Source: Eledone cirrhosa
Taxonomy: Eukaryota
DNA length: 64,000 nt
Assembly (NCBI GenBank): GCA_964016885.1
Contig: OZ024742.1
Span: 349,246,001 to 349,310,000, forward strand
Direction: 5' to 3'
Below are positions 36,901 through 51,900 of the stretch, in pieces. The position numbers were made by a program, and so were the translations under genes. The notes beneath the pieces were generated by a model. It saw nothing but the letters and a program-made list of their open reading frames with translations. It was not told where the DNA came from and did no database searches. Each line of letters begins with the position of its first letter. The stretch's first letter is position 1.

Positions 36901-39900
36901 TGTCTAAAACTCTCTAACTCTGATATCATTGCAGAACCCTGTCTAAAATTCTATAACTCTGATATCATCGCAGAACCCTGTCTAAAACTCTCTAACTCTG
37001 ATATCATTGCAGAACCCTGTCTAAAATTCTATAACTCTGATATCATCGCAGTACCCTGTCTAAAACTCTATAACTCTGATATCATTGCAGTACCCTTTTT
37101 AAAATTCTATAACTCTGATATCATCGCAGTACCCTGTCTAAAACTATATAACTCTGATATCATTGCGGTACCCTGTCTAAAACTCTATAACTCTGATATC
37201 ATCGCAGTACCCTGTTTAAATCTCTATAACTCTGATATCATCGCAGTACCCTGTCTAGAACTCTATAACTCTGATATCATCGCAGTACCCTGTCTAAAAC
37301 TCTATAACTCCGATATCATCGCAGTACCCTGTCTAAAACTCTATAATTCTGATATCATCGCAGTACCTGTCTACAACTCCATAACTCTGATATCATCGCA
37401 GTACCCTGTCTAAAACTCTATAACTCTGAAATCATCGCAGTACCTGTCTAAAACTCTATAACTCTGATATCATTGCAGTACCCTGTCTAAAACTCTCTAA
37501 CTCTGATATCATCGCAGTACCCTGTCTAAAATACTATATTTCTGATATCATTGCAGTACCCTGTCTAAAACTCTATAACTCTGATAACATCGCAAAACCC
37601 TGTCTAAATCTCTATAACTCTGATATCATCGCAGTACCCTGTCTAGAACTCTATAACTCTGATATCATCGCAGTACCCTGTCTAAAACTCTATAACTTTG
37701 ATATCATTGCAGTACCCAGTCTAAAATTCTATAACTCTGATATCATCGCAGTACCCTGTCTAAAACTATATATCTCTGATATCATTGCGGTACCCTGTCT
37801 AAAACTCTATAACTCTGATATCATCGCAGTACCCTGTTTAAATCTCTATAACTCTGATATCATAGCAGTACCCTGTCTAGAACTCTATAACTCTGGTATC
37901 ATCGCAGTACCCTGTCTAAAACGCTATAACTCTGATATCATCGCAGTACCCTATCTAGAACTCTATAACACTGATATCATCGCAGTACCCTGTGTAAAAC
38001 TCTATAACTCTGATATCATCGCAGTACCCTGTCTAGAACTCTATAACTCTGATATCATTGCAGTACCCTGTCTAAAATTCTATAACTCTGATATCATCGC
38101 AGTACCCTGTCTAAAACTCCATAACTCTGATATCAGCGCAGTACCTTGTCTAAAACTCTATATCTCTGATATAATTGCAGTACCCTGTCTAAAACTCTAT
38201 AACACTGATATCATCGCAGTACCTGTCTAAAACTCTATAACTCTGATATCATCGCAGTACCCTGTCTAGAACTCTATATCTCTGATATCATCGCAGTACC
38301 CTGTCTAAAACTCTATAACTCTGATATCATCGCAGTACCCTGTCTAAAACTCTATAACTCTGATAACATCGCAAAACCCTGTCTAAATCTCTATAACTCT
38401 GATATCATCGCAGTAGCCTGTCTAGAACTCTATAACTCTGCTATCATCGCAGTACCCTGTCTAGAACTCTATAACTCTGATATCATCGCAGAACCCTGTC
38501 TAAAACTCTCTAACTCTGATATCATTGCAGTACCCTGTCTAAAATTCTATAACTCTGATATCATCGAAGAACCCTGTCTAAAACTCTCTAACTCTGATAT
38601 CATTGCAGAACCCTGTCTAAAATTCTATAACTCTGATATCATCGCAGTACCCTGTCTAAAACTCTATAACTCTGATATCATTGCAGTACCCTTTTTAAAA
38701 TTCTATAACTCTGATATCATTGCAGTACCCTGTCTAAAATTCTATAACTCTGATATCATCGCAGAACCCTGTCTAAAACTCTCTAACTCTGATATCATCG
38801 CAGTACCCTGTCTAAAACTCTATAACTCTGATATCATTGCAGTACCCTTTTTAAAATTCTATAACTCTGATATCATCGCAGTACCCTGTCTAAAACTATA
38901 TAACTCTGATATCATTGCAGTACCCTGTCTAAAATTCTATAACTCTGATATCATCGCAGAACCCTGTCTAAAACTCTCTAATTCTGATATCATTGCAGAA
39001 CCCTATCTAAAATTCTATAACTCTGATATCATCGCAGTACCCTGTCTAAAACTCTATAACTCTGATATCATTGCAGTACCCAGTCTAAAATTCTATAACT
39101 CTGATATCATCGCAGTACCCTGTCTAAAACTCTATAACTCCGATATCATCGCAGAACCCTGTCTAAAACTCTATAACTTTGATATCATCGCAGTACCCTG
39201 TCTAAAACTATATATCTCTGATATCATTGCGGTACCCTGTCTAAAACTCTATAACTCTGATATCATCGCAGTACCCTGTTTAAATCTCTATAACTCTGAT
39301 ATCATCGCAGTACCCTGTCTAGAACACTATAACTCTGGTATCATCGCAGTACCCTGTCTAAAACTCTATAACTCTGATATCATCGCAGTACCTGTCTACA
39401 ACTCTATAACTCTGATATCATCGCAGTACCCTATCTAGAACTCTATAACACTGATATCATCGCAGTACCCTGTCTAAAACTCTATAACTCTGATATCATC
39501 GCAGTACCCTGTCTAGAACTCTATAACTCTGATATCATTGCAGTACCTTGTCTAAAATTCTATAACTCTGATATCATCGCAGTACCCTGTCTAAAACTCC
39601 ATAACACTGATATCATCGCAGTACCCTGTCTAAAACTCTATATCTCTGATATAATTGCAGTACCCTGTCTAAAACTCTATAACTCTGATATCATCGCAGT
39701 ACCTGTCTAAAACTCTATAACTCTGATATCATCGCAGTACCCTGTATAAAACTCTATAACTCTGATATCATCGCAGTACCCTGTCAAGAACTCTATAACT
39801 CTGATATCATCGCAGAACCCTGTCTAAAACTCTCTAACTCTGATATCATTGCAGTACCCTGTCTAAAATTCTATAACTCTGATATCATCGCAGAACCCTG

Positions 39901-42900
39901 TCTAAAACTCTCTAACTCTGATATCATTGCAGAACCCTGTCTAAAACTCTATAACTCTGATATCATTGCAGTACCCAGTCTAAAATTCTATAACTCTGAT
40001 ATCATCGCAGTACCTGTCTACAACTCTATAACTCTAATATCATCGCAGTACCCTATCTAGAACTCTATAACAGTGATATCATCGCAGTACCCTGTCTAAA
40101 ACTCTATAACTCTGATATCATCGCAGTACCCTGTTTAAATCTCTATAACTCTGATATCATCGCAGTACACTGTCTAGAACTCTATAACTCTGGTATCATC
40201 GCAGTACCCTGTCTAAAACTCTATAACTCTGATATCATCGCAGTACCTGTCTACAACTCTATAACTCCGATATCATTGCAGTACCCTGTCTAAAATTCTA
40301 TAACTCTGATATCATCGCAGTACCCTGTCTAGAACTCTATATCTCTGATATCATCGCAGTACCCTGTCTAAAACTCTATAACTCTGATATCATCGCAGTA
40401 CCCTGTCTAAAACTCTATAACTCCGATATCATCGCAGAACCCTGTCTAAAACTCTATAACTCTGATATCATTGCATTACCCTGTCTAAAACTCTATAACT
40501 CTGATATCATCGCAGTACCCTGTCTAAAACTCTATAACTCCGATATCATCGCAGAACCCTGTCTAAAACTCTATAACTCTGATATCATTGCAGTATCCTG
40601 TCTAAAACTCTCTAACTCTGATATCATCGCAGTACCATGTCTAAAACTCTATAACTCTGATATCATCGCAGTACCCTGTCTAAAACTCTATAACTCTGTT
40701 AACATCGCAAAACCCTGTCTAAATCTCTATAACTCTGATATCATCGCAGTAGCCTGTCTAGAACTCTATAACTCTGATATCATCGCAGTACCCTGTCTAG
40801 AACTCTATAACTCTGATATCATTGCAGTACCCTTTTTAAAATTCTATAACTCTGATATCATCGCAGAACCCTGTCTAAAACTCTCTAACTCTGATATCAT
40901 TGCAGTACCCTGTCTAAAATTCTATAACTCTGATATCATCGCAGAACCCTGTCTAAAACTCTCTAACTCTGATACCATTGCAGAACCCTGTCTAAAATTC
41001 TATAACTCTGATATCATCGCAGTACCCTGTCTAAAACTCTCTAACTCTGATATCATCGCAGTACCCTGTCTAGAACTCTATAACTCTGGTATCATCGCAG
41101 TACCCTGTCTAAAACTCTATAACTCTGATATCATCGCAGTACCTGTCTACAACTCTATAACTCTGATATCATCGCAGTACCCTATCTAGAACTCTATAAC
41201 ACTGATATCATCGCAGTACCCTGTCTAAAACTCTATAACTCTGATATCATCGCAGTACCCTGTCTAGAACTCTAGAACTCTGATATCATTGCAGTACCTT
41301 GTCTAAAATTCTATTACTCTGATATCATCGCAGTACCCTGTCTAAAACTCCATAACTCTGATATCATCGCTGTACCCTGTCTAAAACTCTATATCTCTGA
41401 TATAATTGCAGTACCCTGTCTAAAACTCTATAACTCTGATATCATCGCAGTACCTGTCTAAAACTCTATAACTCTGATACCATCGCAGTACCCTGTCTAA
41501 AACTCTATAACTCTGATATCATCGCAGTACCCTGTCTAGAACTCTATAACTCTGATATCATCGCAGAACCCTGGCTAAAACTCTATAACTCTGATATCAT
41601 CGCAGAACCCTGTCTAAAACTCTCTAACTCTGATATCATTGCAGTACCCTGTTTAAAATTCTATAACTCTGATATCATCGCAGAACCCTGTCTAAAACTC
41701 TCTAACTCTGATATCATTGCAGAACCCTGTCTAAAATTCTATAACTCTGATATCATCGCAGTACCCTGTCTAAAACTCTATAACTCTGATATCATTGCAG
41801 TACCCAGTCTAAAATTCTATAACTCTGATATCATCGCAGTACCCTGTCTAAAACTCTATAACTCTGATATCATTGCGGTACCCTGTCTAAAACTCTATAA
41901 CTCTGATATCATCGCAGTACCCTGTTTAAATCTCTATAACTCTGATATCATCGCAGTATCCTGTCTAGAACTCTATAACTCTGGTATCATCGCAGTACCC
42001 TGTCTAAAACCCTATAACTCTGATATCATCGCAGTACCTGTCTACAACTCTATAACTCTGATATCATCGCAGTACCCTATCTAGAACTCTATAACACTGA
42101 TATCATCGCAGTACCCTGTCTAAAACTCTATAACTCTGATATCATCGCAGTACCCTGTCTAGAACTCTATAACTCTGATATCATTGCAGTACCTTGTCTA
42201 AAATTCTATAACTCTGATATCATCGCAGTACCCTGTCTAAAACTCCATAACTCTGATATCATCGCAGTACCCTGTCTAAAACTCTATATCTCTGATATAA
42301 TTGCAGTACCCTGTCTAAAACTCTATAACTCTGATATCATCGCAGTACCTGTCTAAAACTCTATAACTCTGATATCATCGCAGTACCCTGTATAAAACTC
42401 TATAACTCTGATATCATCGCAGTACCCTGTCAAGAACTCTATAACTCTGATATCATCGCAGAACCCTGTCTAAAACTCTCTAACTCTGATATCATTGCAG
42501 TACCCTGTCTAAAATTCTATAACTCTGATATCATCGCAGAACCCTGTCTAAAACTCTCTAACTCTGATATCATTGCAGAACCCTGTCTAAAACTCTATAA
42601 CTCTGATATCATTGCAGTACCCAGTCTAAAATTCTATAACTCTGATATCATCGCAGTACCTGTCTACAACTCTATAACTCTAATATCATCGCAGTACCCT
42701 ATCTAGAACTCTATAACAGTGATATCATCGCAGTACCCTGTCTAAAACTCTATAACTCTGATATCATCGCAGTACCCTGTTTAAATCTCTATAACTCTGA
42801 TATCATCGCAGTACACTGTCTAGAACTCTATAACTCTGGTATCATCGCAGTACCCTGTCTAAAACTCTATAACTCTGATATCATCGCAGTACCCTGTCTA

Positions 42901-45900
42901 GAACTCTATATCTCTGATATCATCGCAGTACCCTGTCTAAAACTCTATAACTCTGATATCATCGCAGTACCCTGTCTAAAACTCTATAACTCCGATATCA
43001 TCGCAGAACCCTGTCTAAAACTCTATAACTCTGATATCATTGCATTACCCTGTCTAAAACTCTATAACTCTGATATCATCGCAGTACCCTGTCTAAAACT
43101 CTATAACTCCGATATCATCGCAGAACCCTGTCTAAAACTCTATAACTCTGATATCATTGCAGTATCCTGTCTAAAACTCTCTAACTCTGATATCATCGCA
43201 GTACCCTGTCTAAAACTCTATAACTCTGATATCATCGCAGTAACCTGTCTAAAACTCTATAACTCTGTTAACATCGCAAAACCCTGTCTAAATCTCTATA
43301 ACTCTGATATCATCGCAGTAGCCTGTCTAGAACTCTATAACTCTGATATCATCGCAGTACCCTGTCTAGAACTCTATAACTCTGATATCATTGCAGTACC
43401 CTTTTTAAAATTCTATAACTCTGATATCATCGCAGAACCCTGTCTAAAACTCTCTAACTCTGATATCATTGCAGTACCCTGTCTAAAATTCTATAACTCT
43501 GATATCATCGCAGTACCCTGTCTAAAACTCTATAACTCTGATATCATTGCAGTACCCTTTTAAAATTCTATATCTCTGATATCATCGCAGTACCCTGTCT
43601 AAAACTATATAACTCTGATATCATTGCGGTACCCTGTCTAAAACTCTATAACTCTGATATCATCGCAGTACCCTGTTTAAATCTCTATAACTCTGATATC
43701 ATCGCAGTACCCTGTCTAGAACTCTATAACTCTGATATCATCGCAGTACCCTGTCTAAAACTCTATAACTCCGATATCATCGCAGTACCCTGTCTAAAAC
43801 TCTATAACTCTGATATCATCGCAGTACCTGTCTACAACTCCATAACTCTGATATCATCGCAGTACCTGTCTAAAACTCTATAACTCTGATATCATTGCAG
43901 TACCCTGTCTAAAACTCTCTAACTCTGATATCATCGCAGTACCCTGTCTAGAACTCTATAACTCTGGTATCATCGCAGTACCCTGTCTAAAACTCTATAA
44001 CTCTGATATCATCGCAGTACCTGTCTACAACTCTATAACTCTGATATCATCGCAGTACCCTATCTAGAACTCTATAACACTGATATCATCGCAGTACCCT
44101 GTCTAAAACTCTATAACTCTGATATCATCGCAGTACCCTGTCTAGAACTCTAGAACTCTGATATCATTGCAGTACCTTGTCTAAAATTCTATGACTCTGA
44201 TATCATCGCAGTACCCTGTCTAAAACTCCATAACTCTGATATCATCGCTGTACCCTGTCTAAAACTCTATATCTCTGATATAATTGCAGTACCCTGTCTA
44301 AAACTCTATAACTCTGATATCATCGCAGTACCTGTCTAAAACTCTATAACTCTGATACCATCGCAGTACCCTGTCTAAAACTCTATAACTCTGATATCAT
44401 CGCAGTACCCTGTCTAGAACTCTATAACTCTGATATCATCGCAGAACCCTGGCTAAAACTCTCTAACTCTGATATCATTGCAGAACCCTGTCTAAAATTC
44501 TATAACTCTAATATCATCGCATTACCCTGTCTAAAACTATACAACTCTGATATCATTGCAGTACCCAGTCTAAAATTCTATAACTCTGATATCATCGCAG
44601 TACCCTGTCTAAAACTATATATCTCTGATATCATTGCGGTACCCTGTCTAAAACTCTATAACTCTGATATCATCGCAGTACCCTGTTTAAATCTCTATAA
44701 CTCTGATATCATTGCAGTACCCTGTCTAGAACTCTATAACTCTGGTATCATCGCAGTACCCTGTCTAAAACTCTATAACTCTGATATCATCGCAGTACCT
44801 GTCTACAACTCTATAACTCTGATATCATCGCAGTACCCTGTCTAAAACTCTATAACTCCGATATCATCGCAGTACCCTGTCTAAAACTCTATAACTCTGA
44901 TATCATCGCAGTACCTGTCTACAACTCCATAACTCTGATATCATCGCAGTACCTGTCTAAAACTCTATAACTCTGATATCATTGCAGTACCCTGTCTAAA
45001 ACTCTCTAACTCTGATATCATCGCAGTACCCTGTCTAGAACTCTATAACTCTGGTATCATCGCAGTACCCTGTCTAAAACTCTATAACTCTGATATCATC
45101 GCAGTACCTGTCTACAACTCTATAACTCTGATATCATCGCAGTACCCTATCTAGAACTCTATAACACTGATATCATCGCAGTACCCTGTCTAAAACTCTA
45201 TAACTCTGATATCATCGCAGTACCCTGTCTAGAACTCTATAACTCTGATATCATTGCAGTACCCTGTCTAAAACTCTCTAACTCTGATATCATCGCAGTA
45301 CCCTGTCTAAAATACTATATTTCTGATATCATTGCAGTACCCTGTCTAAAACTCTATAACTCTGATAACATCGCAAAACCCTGTCTAAATCTCTATAACT
45401 CTGATATCATCGCAGTACCCTGTCTAGAACTCTATAACTCTGATATCATCGCAGTACCCTGTCTAAAACTCTATAACTTTGATATCATTGCAGTACCCAG
45501 TCTAAAATTCTATAACTCTGATATCATCGCAGTACCCTGTCTAAAACTATATATCTCTGATATCATTGCGGTACCCTGTCTAAAACTCTATAACTCTGAT
45601 ATCATCGCAGTACCCTGTTTAAATCTCTATAACTCTGATATCATAGCAGTACCCTGTCTAGAACTCTATAACTCTGGTATCATCGCAGTACCCTGTCTAA
45701 AACGCTATAACTCTGATATCATCGCAGTACCCTATCTAGAACTCTATAACACTGATATCATCGCAGTACCCTGTGTAAAACTCTATAACTCTGATATCAT
45801 CGCAGTACCCTGTCTAGAACTCTATAACTCTGATATCATTGCAGTACCCTGTCTAAAATTCTATAACTCTGATATCATCGCAGTACCCTGTCTAAAACTC

Positions 45901-48900
45901 CATAACTCTGATATCAGCGCAGTACCTTGTCTAAAACTCTATATCTCTGATATAATTGCAGTACCCTGTCTAAAACTCTATAACACTGATATCATCGCAG
46001 TACCTGTCTAAAACTCTATAACTCTGATATCATCGCAGTACCCTGTCTAGAACTCTATATCTCTGATATCATCGCAGTACCCTGTCTAAAACTCTATAAC
46101 TCTGATATCATCGCAGTACCCTGTCTAAAACTCTATAACTCTGATAACATCGCAAAACCCTGTCTAAATCTCTATAACTCTGATATCATCGCAGTAGCCT
46201 GTCTAGAACTCTATAACTCTGCTATCATCGCAGTACCCTGTCTAGAACTCTATAACTCTGATATCATCGCAGAACCCTGTCTAAAACTCTCTAACTCTGA
46301 TATCATTGCAGTACCCTGTCTAAAATTCTATAACTCTGATATCATCGAAGAACCCTGTCTAAAACTCTCTAACTCTGATATCATTGCAGAACCCTGTCTA
46401 AAATTCTATAACTCTGATATCATCGCAGTACCCTGTCTAAAACTCTATAACTCTGATATCATTGCAGTACCCTTTTTAAAATTCTATAACTCTGATATCA
46501 TTGCAGTACCCTGTCTAAAATTCTATAACTCTGATATCATCGCAGAACCCTGTCTAAAACTCTCTAACTCTGATATCATCGCAGTACCCTGTCTAAAACT
46601 CTATAACTCTGATATCATTGCAGTACCCTTTTTAAAATTCTATAACTCTGATATCATCGCAGTACCCTGTCTAAAACTATATAACTCTGATATCATTGCA
46701 GTACCCTGTCTAAAATTCTATAACTCTGATATCATCGCAGAACCCTGTCTAAAACTCTCTAATTCTGATATCATTGCAGAACCCTATCTAAAATTCTATA
46801 ACTCTGATATCATCGCAGTACCCTGTCTAAAACTCTATAACTCTGATATCATTGCAGTACCCAGTCTAAAATTCTATAACTCTGATATCATCGCAGTACC
46901 CTGTCTAAAACTCTATAACTCCGATATCATCGCAGAACCCTGTCTAAAACTCTATAACTTTGATATCATCGCAGTACCCTGTCTAAAACTATATATCTCT
47001 GATATCATTGCGGTACCCTGTCTAAAACTCTATAACTCTGATATCATCGCAGTACCCTGTTTAAATCTCTATAACTCTGATATCATCGCAGTACCCTGTC
47101 TAGAACACTATAACTCTGGTATCATCGCAGTACCCTGTCTAAAACTCTATAACTCTGATATCATCGCAGTACCTGTCTACAACTCTATAACTCTGATATC
47201 ATCGCAGTACCCTATCTAGAACTCTATAACACTGATATCATCGCAGTACCCTGTCTAAAACTCTATAACTCTGATATCATCGCAGTACCCTGTCTAGAAC
47301 TCTATAACTCTGATATCATTGCAGTACCTTGTCTAAAATTCTATAACTCTGATATCATCGCAGTACCCTGTCTAAAACTCCATAACACTGATATCATCGC
47401 AGTACCCTGTCTAAAACTCTATATCTCTGATATAATTGCAGTACCCTGTCTAAAACTCTATAACTCTGATATCATCGCAGTACCTGTCTAAAACTCTATA
47501 ACTCTGATATCATCGCAGTACCCTGTATAAAACTCTATAACTCTGATATCATCGCAGTACCCTGTCAAGAACTCTATAACTCTGATATCATCGCAGAACC
47601 CTGTCTAAAACTCTCTAACTCTGATATCATTGCAGTACCCTGTCTAAAATTCTATAACTCTGATATCATCGCAGAACCCTGTCTAAAACTCTCTAACTCT
47701 GATATCATTGCAGAACCCTGTCTAAAACTCTATAACTCTGATATCATTGCAGTACCCAGTCTAAAATTCTATAACTCTGATATCATCGCAGTACCTGTCT
47801 ACAACTCTATAACTCTAATATCATCGCAGTACCCTATCTAGAACTCTATAACAGTGATATCATCGCAGTACCCTGTCTAAAACTCTATAACTCTGATATC
47901 ATCGCAGTACCCTGTTTAAATCTCTATAACTCTGATATCATCGCAGTACACTGTCTAGAACTCTATAACTCTGGTATCATCGCAGTACCCTGTCTAAAAC
48001 TCTATAACTCTGATATCATCGCAGTACCTGTCTACAACTCTATAACTCCGATATCATTGCAGTACCCTGTCTAAAATTCTATAACTCTGATATCATCGCA
48101 GTACCCTGTCTAGAACTCTATATCTCTGATATCATCGCAGTACCCTGTCTAAAACTCTATAACTCTGATATCATCGCAGTACCCTGTCTAAAACTCTATA
48201 ACTCCGATATCATCGCAGAACCCTGTCTAAAACTCTATAACTCTGATATCATTGCATTACCCTGTCTAAAACTCTATAACTCTGATATCATCGCAGTACC
48301 CTGTCTAAAACTCTATAACTCCGATATCATCGCAGAACCCTGTCTAAAACTCTATAACTCTGATATCATTGCAGTATCCTGTCTAAAACTCTCTAACTCT
48401 GATATCATCGCAGTACCATGTCTAAAACTCTATAACTCTGATATCATCGCAGTACCCTGTCTAAAACTCTATAACTCTGTTAACATCGCAAAACCCTGTC
48501 TAAATCTCTATAACTCTGATATCATCGCAGTAGCCTGTCTAGAACTCTATAACTCTGATATCATCGCAGTACCCTGTCTAGAACTCTATAACTCTGATAT
48601 CATTGCAGTACCCTTTTTAAAATTCTATAACTCTGATATCATCGCAGAACCCTGTCTAAAACTCTCTAACTCTGATATCATTGCAGTACCCTGTCTAAAA
48701 TTCTATAACTCTGATATCATCGCAGAACCCTGTCTAAAACTCTCTAACTCTGATACCATTGCAGAACCCTGTCTAAAATTCTATAACTCTGATATCATCG
48801 CAGTACCCTGTCTAAAACTCTCTAACTCTGATATCATCGCAGTACCCTGTCTAGAACTCTATAACTCTGGTATCATCGCAGTACCCTGTCTAAAACTCTA

Positions 48901-51900
48901 TAACTCTGATATCATCGCAGTACCTGTCTACAACTCTATAACTCTGATATCATCGCAGTACCCTATCTAGAACTCTATAACACTGATATCATCGCAGTAC
49001 CCTGTCTAAAACTCTATAACTCTGATATCATCGCAGTACCCTGTCTAGAACTCTAGAACTCTGATATCATTGCAGTACCTTGTCTAAAATTCTATTACTC
49101 TGATATCATCGCAGTACCCTGTCTAAAACTCCATAACTCTGATATCATCGCTGTACCCTGTCTAAAACTCTATATCTCTGATATAATTGCAGTACCCTGT
49201 CTAAAACTCTATAACTCTGATATCATCGCAGTACCTGTCTAAAACTCTATAACTCTGATACCATCGCAGTACCCTGTCTAAAACTCTATAACTCTGATAT
49301 CATCGCAGTACCCTGTCTAGAACTCTATAACTCTGATATCATCGCAGAACCCTGGCTAAAACTCTATAACTCTGATATCATCGCAGAACCCTGTCTAAAA
49401 CTCTCTAACTCTGATATCATTGCAGTACCCTGTTTAAAATTCTATAACTCTGATATCATCGCAGAACCCTGTCTAAAACTCTCTAACTCTGATATCATTG
49501 CAGAACCCTGTCTAAAATTCTATAACTCTGATATCATCGCAGTACCCTGTCTAAAACTCTATAACTCTGATATCATTGCAGTACCCAGTCTAAAATTCTA
49601 TAACTCTGATATCATCGCAGTACCCTGTCTAAAACTCTATAACTCTGATATCATTGCGGTACCCTGTCTAAAACTCTATAACTCTGATATCATCGCAGTA
49701 CCCTGTTTAAATCTCTATAACTCTGATATCATCGCAGTATCCTGTCTAGAACTCTATAACTCTGGTATCATCGCAGTACCCTGTCTAAAACCCTATAACT
49801 CTGATATCATCGCAGTACCTGTCTACAACTCTATAACTCTGATATCATCGCAGTACCCTATCTAGAACTCTATAACACTGATATCATCGCAGTACCCTGT
49901 CTAAAACTCTATAACTCTGATATCATCGCAGTACCCTGTCTAGAACTCTATAACTCTGATATCATTGCAGTACCTTGTCTAAAATTCTATAACTCTGATA
50001 TCATCGCAGTACCCTGTCTAAAACTCCATAACTCTGATATCATCGCAGTACCCTGTCTAAAACTCTATATCTCTGATATAATTGCAGTACCCTGTCTAAA
50101 ACTCTATAACTCTGATATCATCGCAGTACCTGTCTAAAACTCTATAACTCTGATATCATCGCAGTACCCTGTATAAAACTCTATAACTCTGATATCATCG
50201 CAGTACCCTGTCAAGAACTCTATAACTCTGATATCATCGCAGAACCCTGTCTAAAACTCTCTAACTCTGATATCATTGCAGTACCCTGTCTAAAATTCTA
50301 TAACTCTGATATCATCGCAGAACCCTGTCTAAAACTCTCTAACTCTGATATCATTGCAGAACCCTGTCTAAAACTCTATAACTCTGATATCATTGCAGTA
50401 CCCAGTCTAAAATTCTATAACTCTGATATCATCGCAGTACCTGTCTACAACTCTATAACTCTAATATCATCGCAGTACCCTATCTAGAACTCTATAACAG
50501 TGATATCATCGCAGTACCCTGTCTAAAACTCTATAACTCTGATATCATCGCAGTACCCTGTTTAAATCTCTATAACTCTGATATCATCGCAGTACACTGT
50601 CTAGAACTCTATAACTCTGGTATCATCGCAGTACCCTGTCTAAAACTCTATAACTCTGATATCATCGCAGTACCCTGTCTAGAACTCTATATCTCTGATA
50701 TCATCGCAGTACCCTGTCTAAAACTCTATAACTCTGATATCATCGCAGTACCCTGTCTAAAACTCTATAACTCCGATATCATCGCAGAACCCTGTCTAAA
50801 ACTCTATAACTCTGATATCATTGCATTACCCTGTCTAAAACTCTATAACTCTGATATCATCGCAGTACCCTGTCTAAAACTCTATAACTCCGATATCATC
50901 GCAGAACCCTGTCTAAAACTCTATAACTCTGATATCATTGCAGTATCCTGTCTAAAACTCTCTAACTCTGATATCATCGCAGTACCCTGTCTAAAACTCT
51001 ATAACTCTGATATCATCGCAGTAACCTGTCTAAAACTCTATAACTCTGTTAACATCGCAAAACCCTGTCTAAATCTCTATAACTCTGATATCATCGCAGT
51101 AGCCTGTCTAGAACTCTATAACTCTGATATCATCGCAGTACCCTGTCTAGAACTCTATAACTCTGATATCATTGCAGTACCCTTTTTAAAATTCTATAAC
51201 TCTGATATCATCGCAGAACCCTGTCTAAAACTCTCTAACTCTGATATCATTGCAGTACCCTGTCTAAAATTCTATAACTCTGATATCATCGCAGTACCCT
51301 GTCTAAAACTCTATAACTCTGATATCATTGCAGTACCCTTTTAAAATTCTATATCTCTGATATCATCGCAGTACCCTGTCTAAAACTATATAACTCTGAT
51401 ATCATTGCGGTACCCTGTCTAAAACTCTATAACTCTGATATCATCGCAGTACCCTGTTTAAATCTCTATAACTCTGATATCATCGCAGTACCCTGTCTAG
51501 AACTCTATAACTCTGATATCATCGCAGTACCCTGTCTAAAACTCTATAACTCCGATATCATCGCAGTACCCTGTCTAAAACTCTATAACTCTGATATCAT
51601 CGCAGTACCTGTCTACAACTCCATAACTCTGATATCATCGCAGTACCTGTCTAAAACTCTATAACTCTGATATCATTGCAGTACCCTGTCTAAAACTCTC
51701 TAACTCTGATATCATCGCAGTACCCTGTCTAGAACTCTATAATTCTGGTATCATCGCAGTACCCTGTCTAAAACTCTATAACTCTGATATCATCGCAGTA
51801 CCTGTCTACAACTCTATAACTCTGATATCATCGCAGTACCCTATCTAGAACTCTATAACACTGATATCATCGCAGTACCCTGTCTAAAACTCTATAACTC

